Below, piece after piece: positions 29,130 to 32,000 of a stretch of DNA of 32,000 nucleotides. Under the pieces are notes generated by a model, which saw nothing but the letters and a program-made list of their open reading frames with translations, had not been told where the DNA came from and made no database searches. The DNA is from Candidatus Iainarchaeum sp. (lineage in GTDB: Archaea > Iainarchaeota > Iainarchaeia > Iainarchaeales > DTGL01), in assembly GCA_038886995.1 (NCBI GenBank), contig JAWALG010000001.1:14635-46634 (forward strand), given 5' to 3'. The translations under genes and the position numbers were made by a program. The first letter of the stretch is position 1, and each line of letters opens with the position of its first letter.

Positions 29130-29969
29130 TTAGCAGTTATTCAAGTCGCTATATAGTTGTTTTATCTCATTGAGCAGAGAAACCACGCTTGAATGTAAAT
29201 CGTAAAGACCCCCAGTGTCTGTGCCAAGGGATTCTAGTTCATCTATTAGCTTTTCAGATTCTGAAACAAGTGATTCCGCACCTTTTATTTTATCATAAAG
29301 GTCAGCCATGTTATTGCAATCTATTCTTTCAAAATCAATACCCTGAAAAAAGGCCTTTGATTTTTGGTAAAGAAGGCATGCTTCACCAATTACTGCCCTG
29401 GCCTTTGCTTTATTTGCCAATATACTAAAGCCGGTTTCATCCAAAAGCAATGAGTTGACATTGAACTCTTTTGCTTTTTCAGGATACTTCAAAGAAAAAG
29501 ATTTGATGCTGCTGTTGTTCTTCGCAGCTTCTTCCTTGAGAATTTTGAGTTTATCCGCAAGACCTGAAAATGATTTAAAGTAAGTGCATTCTGTAGGAGA
29601 TGCTTTACTTATCTCGATAGAAACACTCTGTTTGAGCATCACAGAGTTGTTTGAGCTAAAGATATCTATCTTTTTAATCAAAAATTCTGCAAAGTTGAAA
29701 TGCAGTGACCAATATTCTTTCATCATGCCAGAGCTTTTATCACGTAAGGATTCGGCCTTTTTCAAAACAGATTTAACCTCTAAGAGAATTTTTTCTTTTG
29801 CCATGTTATTAATGTCAATTTCATGTGGACTCTTGAGTTTTTCCAAATCAACGCCTTGCCAAATGTCTGCTGGCTTGTCTTCAGTTTGGACACAGCCAGC
29901 GATAAAAAAAGAAAACAACAAAAGCATTAGGAGTATAAAAGTGGATTTATGCCTAAAGCGAAAGCTCAT
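29130..29969 (-). CDS. putative lipoprotein, all-helical (279 aa)
   Basis: The signal peptide carries a lipobox: MSFRFRHKSTFILLMLLLFSFFIAG|C. Its ATG overlaps the topA stop as ATGA (29966-29969). The protein ends in ...DLNNC. Confidence 0.55.
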   Translation of the reverse strand: MSFRFRHKSTFILLMLLLFSFFIAGCVQTEDKPADIWQGVDLEKLKSPHEIDINNMAKEKILLEVKSVLKKAESLRDKSSGMMKEYWSLHFNFAEFLIKKIDIFSSNNSVMLKQSVSIEISKASPTECTYFKSFSGLADKLKILKEEAAKNNSSIKSFSLKYPEKAKEFNVNSLLLDETGFSILANKAKARAVIGEACLLYQKSKAFFQGIDFERIDCNNMADLYDKIKGAESLVSESEKLIDELESLGTDTGGLYDLHSSVVSLLNEIKQLYSDLNNC

Positions 29970-32000
29970 TTCAGCCCACCAGTGCTCTTTGCTGTTTCTA
30001 CTTTATTCTTCCAAGAATCCTTGCTTGGGCATGCTGGATCAATGCACATCTCATAGCGGAAGTTTTTTGAGTTTACTCTTATCATTGGCTTTTGGCATGT
30101 TGGGCATTTCTTTTCTAAGGGCTCGATTTTCCCTTTTTGTGGCAGAGGATATGTTACGCGACATTCTGGGTACTTTGTACAACCGAGAAAGCGTTTTCCG
30201 CTCTTACTATTTCTAACTAGAAGCATTCCCTCACAACCAGATCTTGTACACTGGAATTGCTTGCGGTCAGCCATCAGTGCTTCTCTCAACGCTTTTCCTA
30301 TTTCATTTTTTTTCTCAAGGAGATCTTCTAACGCTCTCTGCAACATCTTCCTTGAATCTTCAACAACCTCATCCTTTTCCTTTTTTGCAATTGCAATTTC
30401 ATCCATTTCTTTCTCAATCTGTGCTGTCATGTCTGGCTTGATTATTGCGCTATTCTGCTTTTCAAGAGCATCCACTGTTGCAAAGGCAATCTTGTTTGGG
30501 ATTATTGCCTTATTGCCCTTTATGTAGCCCCTTGCATATAACTTCTGTATTATTTCGTGCCTTGTTGACTTTGTGCCAAGGCCTAGGTCTGCCATCAATT
30601 TTATGAGAGCACCCTGGGAATACCTTGGCTTTGGTTTGGTCTCTTTTTCATGAACCCTCATTTCAATTAGCTTTATAATGTCACCTTCTTTAAGGGCTGG
30701 CAAGATAACCTCTTCGGTGCTGCTGTAAGGGTAAATCTTCTTCCAGCCAAGCTTAAGATAGCGCTTGCCTGTTGCCACAAAGGGCTCTTTTCCAACAAGA
30801 ATTTCTGTGTTTATAAATTCAGCAAGTGCATCATCGCCAAGCGTTGCTAAGAAGTGTCTGCTTATGAGCTCATATATCTTTGCATGGTTGCCGCTAAGTG
30901 GGCTTCTCGGCAGATCAACAGGATGTATCGGTGGATGATCCTTTGTTGCCTTTCCAGCTGAAGGCATAATCTTCTTGTTCAGTATTTCACGACAATATTC
31001 TGAAAATTCTTTTTTTGAAGAAAGCTTTTCAACGATTTTTCTCAGGCCTATTGTTGCAGGATACGCCTCATTGTCGGTTCTTGGATAGCTTATGTAACCT
31101 AACTGATAAAGCTCTTCAGCAATGTTCATTGCTTGTGGTGCTGAAATGCCTATTGAGCTTGCCGCTTTCAAAAAAGCAGTTGTGTTAAAAGGCACTGGGC
31201 GCTTTATAGTTTTTTCAGAAATAATTACTTTTGCAACACGGCCATGGGGCTCTTTGCTTTTAAGAACTTCGAGTGCCTTTTCTTTTTCCCAGAAACGCCC
31301 TTCCTTGTGCATTGCACTGAAACGCTTTCCATCCTTTTCAAACAATGCCTCAACTTCCCAGTATGGCTTTGGCTTGAACGCAAGTATCTCCTTTTCTCTG
31401 TCAACTATTAGCGCTAAGACAGGGCTTTGTACACGGCCTGCGGAAAGAAATTCCTTGCCTAGTTGCCCTGAAACTATGGAAAGAAAACGTGTTAGTACAG
31501 CGCCCCAGATAAGGTCTGTCTCACGCCTTGCGTTTGCAGAATTTGCAAGATTGAAATCTAGCTTTGTTGGATTTCTAAATGCCTCTTCAATATCCTCCTT
31601 GGTTATAGCAGAGAAAACAACCCTCTTTGTTTTTATAGCTGGATTTGCTTCATGTGCACATTGCAGTGCCTCAAGGGCAATGCTTTCTCCCTCCCTGTCA
31701 TAGTCAGTTGCAAATATTATTTCGTCTGCTTCTTTTGCATACTTTATAAGTGCAGATATTATGCTTTTTTCCTTCTTAACATATTCAATCTCGCTGAAAA
31801 CTAGTTTGCGCAGATCCGTGCCAACCCAAGGAGAATATTGCTTTGGAAAATCAACGTCAAGAATATGGCCGCGCAGTGGCACTACCACATACTCTTCGCC
31901 AGCTCTGCGGAATCTGTATGCTGGTGCACTACCAACCCGCTCTTCACGAACATTGCCCTCTGCTAGAAGCTCGGCAATCCTTCTTCCAGCAATGTTTTTC
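29966..32000 (-). CDS. topA: type IA DNA topoisomerase with two C-terminal C4 zinc ribbons; N-terminus beyond the window end
   Basis: The Toprim motif is FATDYDREGE. The active-site region is GYISYPRTDN. The zinc ribbons are CTRSGCEG...CTKYPEC and CPTCQKP...CIDPACP. The frame stays open upstream of the track start to position 32000 (...KNIAGRRIAELLAEGNVREERVGSAPAYRFRRAGEEYVVVPLRGH). Confidence 0.88.
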   Translation of the reverse strand, partial: KNIAGRRIAELLAEGNVREERVGSAPAYRFRRAGEEYVVVPLRGHILDVDFPKQYSPWVGTDLRKLVFSEIEYVKKEKSIISALIKYAKEADEIIFATDYDREGESIALEALQCAHEANPAIKTKRVVFSAITKEDIEEAFRNPTKLDFNLANSANARRETDLIWGAVLTRFLSIVSGQLGKEFLSAGRVQSPVLALIVDREKEILAFKPKPYWEVEALFEKDGKRFSAMHKEGRFWEKEKALEVLKSKEPHGRVAKVIISEKTIKRPVPFNTTAFLKAASSIGISAPQAMNIAEELYQLGYISYPRTDNEAYPATIGLRKIVEKLSSKKEFSEYCREILNKKIMPSAGKATKDHPPIHPVDLPRSPLSGNHAKIYELISRHFLATLGDDALAEFINTEILVGKEPFVATGKRYLKLGWKKIYPYSSTEEVILPALKEGDIIKLIEMRVHEKETKPKPRYSQGALIKLMADLGLGTKSTRHEIIQKLYARGYIKGNKAIIPNKIAFATVDALEKQNSAIIKPDMTAQIEKEMDEIAIAKKEKDEVVEDSRKMLQRALEDLLEKKNEIGKALREALMADRKQFQCTRSGCEGMLLVRNSKSGKRFLGCTKYPECRVTYPLPQKGKIEPLEKKCPTCQKPMIRVNSKNFRYEMCIDPACPSKDSWKNKVETAKSTGGLK

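Noticed and set aside
1-32000. Window as a mobile element, provirus or defence island
   Set aside because: I found no integrase, transposase, capsid or terminase signatures, att-like terminal repeats, tRNA target or CRISPR/cas genes. Essential housekeeping genes (orc1, cdc48, topA, ychF) are interspersed throughout.

Overview
AT-rich, very tightly packed archaeal fragment. Adjacent genes often share 4-nt ATGA start/stop overlaps, and convergent genes abut or share stop codons. Archaeal origin is supported by Orc1/Cdc6, a two-ring CDC48/VCP ATPase, many class III (prepilin-type) signal peptides, TATA-box promoters about 25-40 nt upstream of starts, and GGTG/GGAGG Shine-Dalgarno sites inside operons. 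A small-genome, DPANN-like lineage is my inference only. Housekeeping genes are an archaeal YchF-type GTPase, orc1/cdc6, an M50 site-2 protease, cdc48, a truncated NFACT-R protein and a type IA topoisomerase (cut by the window end). About 19 of the 32 kb encodes type IV filament (T4F) machinery, with 18 pilin-like genes by my count, in four places. Locus A (362-7588) is atypical: a divergent FlaI-like ATPase with an N-terminal 4-Cys zinc ribbon, a fused 630-aa platform protein, two soluble coiled-coil proteins, a 30-aa helix-only peptide and five cysteine-rich short-leader pilin-like proteins, one with two EF-hand-type loops. Locus B (10956-13262) is an orphan cassette of six pilin genes with no ATPase or platform. 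A stand-alone pilin (16347-16802) has strong expression signals. Locus C (19000-28248) is a 10-gene operon: KaiC-like ATPase, a 725-aa pilin-adhesin with three about 111-aa tandem beta-sandwich repeats, four minor pilins, a canonical ATPase with an N-terminal wHTH-like extension, and a split TadB/TadC-like platform. An Lrp-like regulator lies upstream of locus C, and a split P-loop-less KaiC-like (DUF835-like) membrane module converges on its 3' end. I recognised no rRNA, tRNA, CRISPR array, integrase or transposase. All homology calls rest on motifs read by eye from the supplied translations; no database search was possible.
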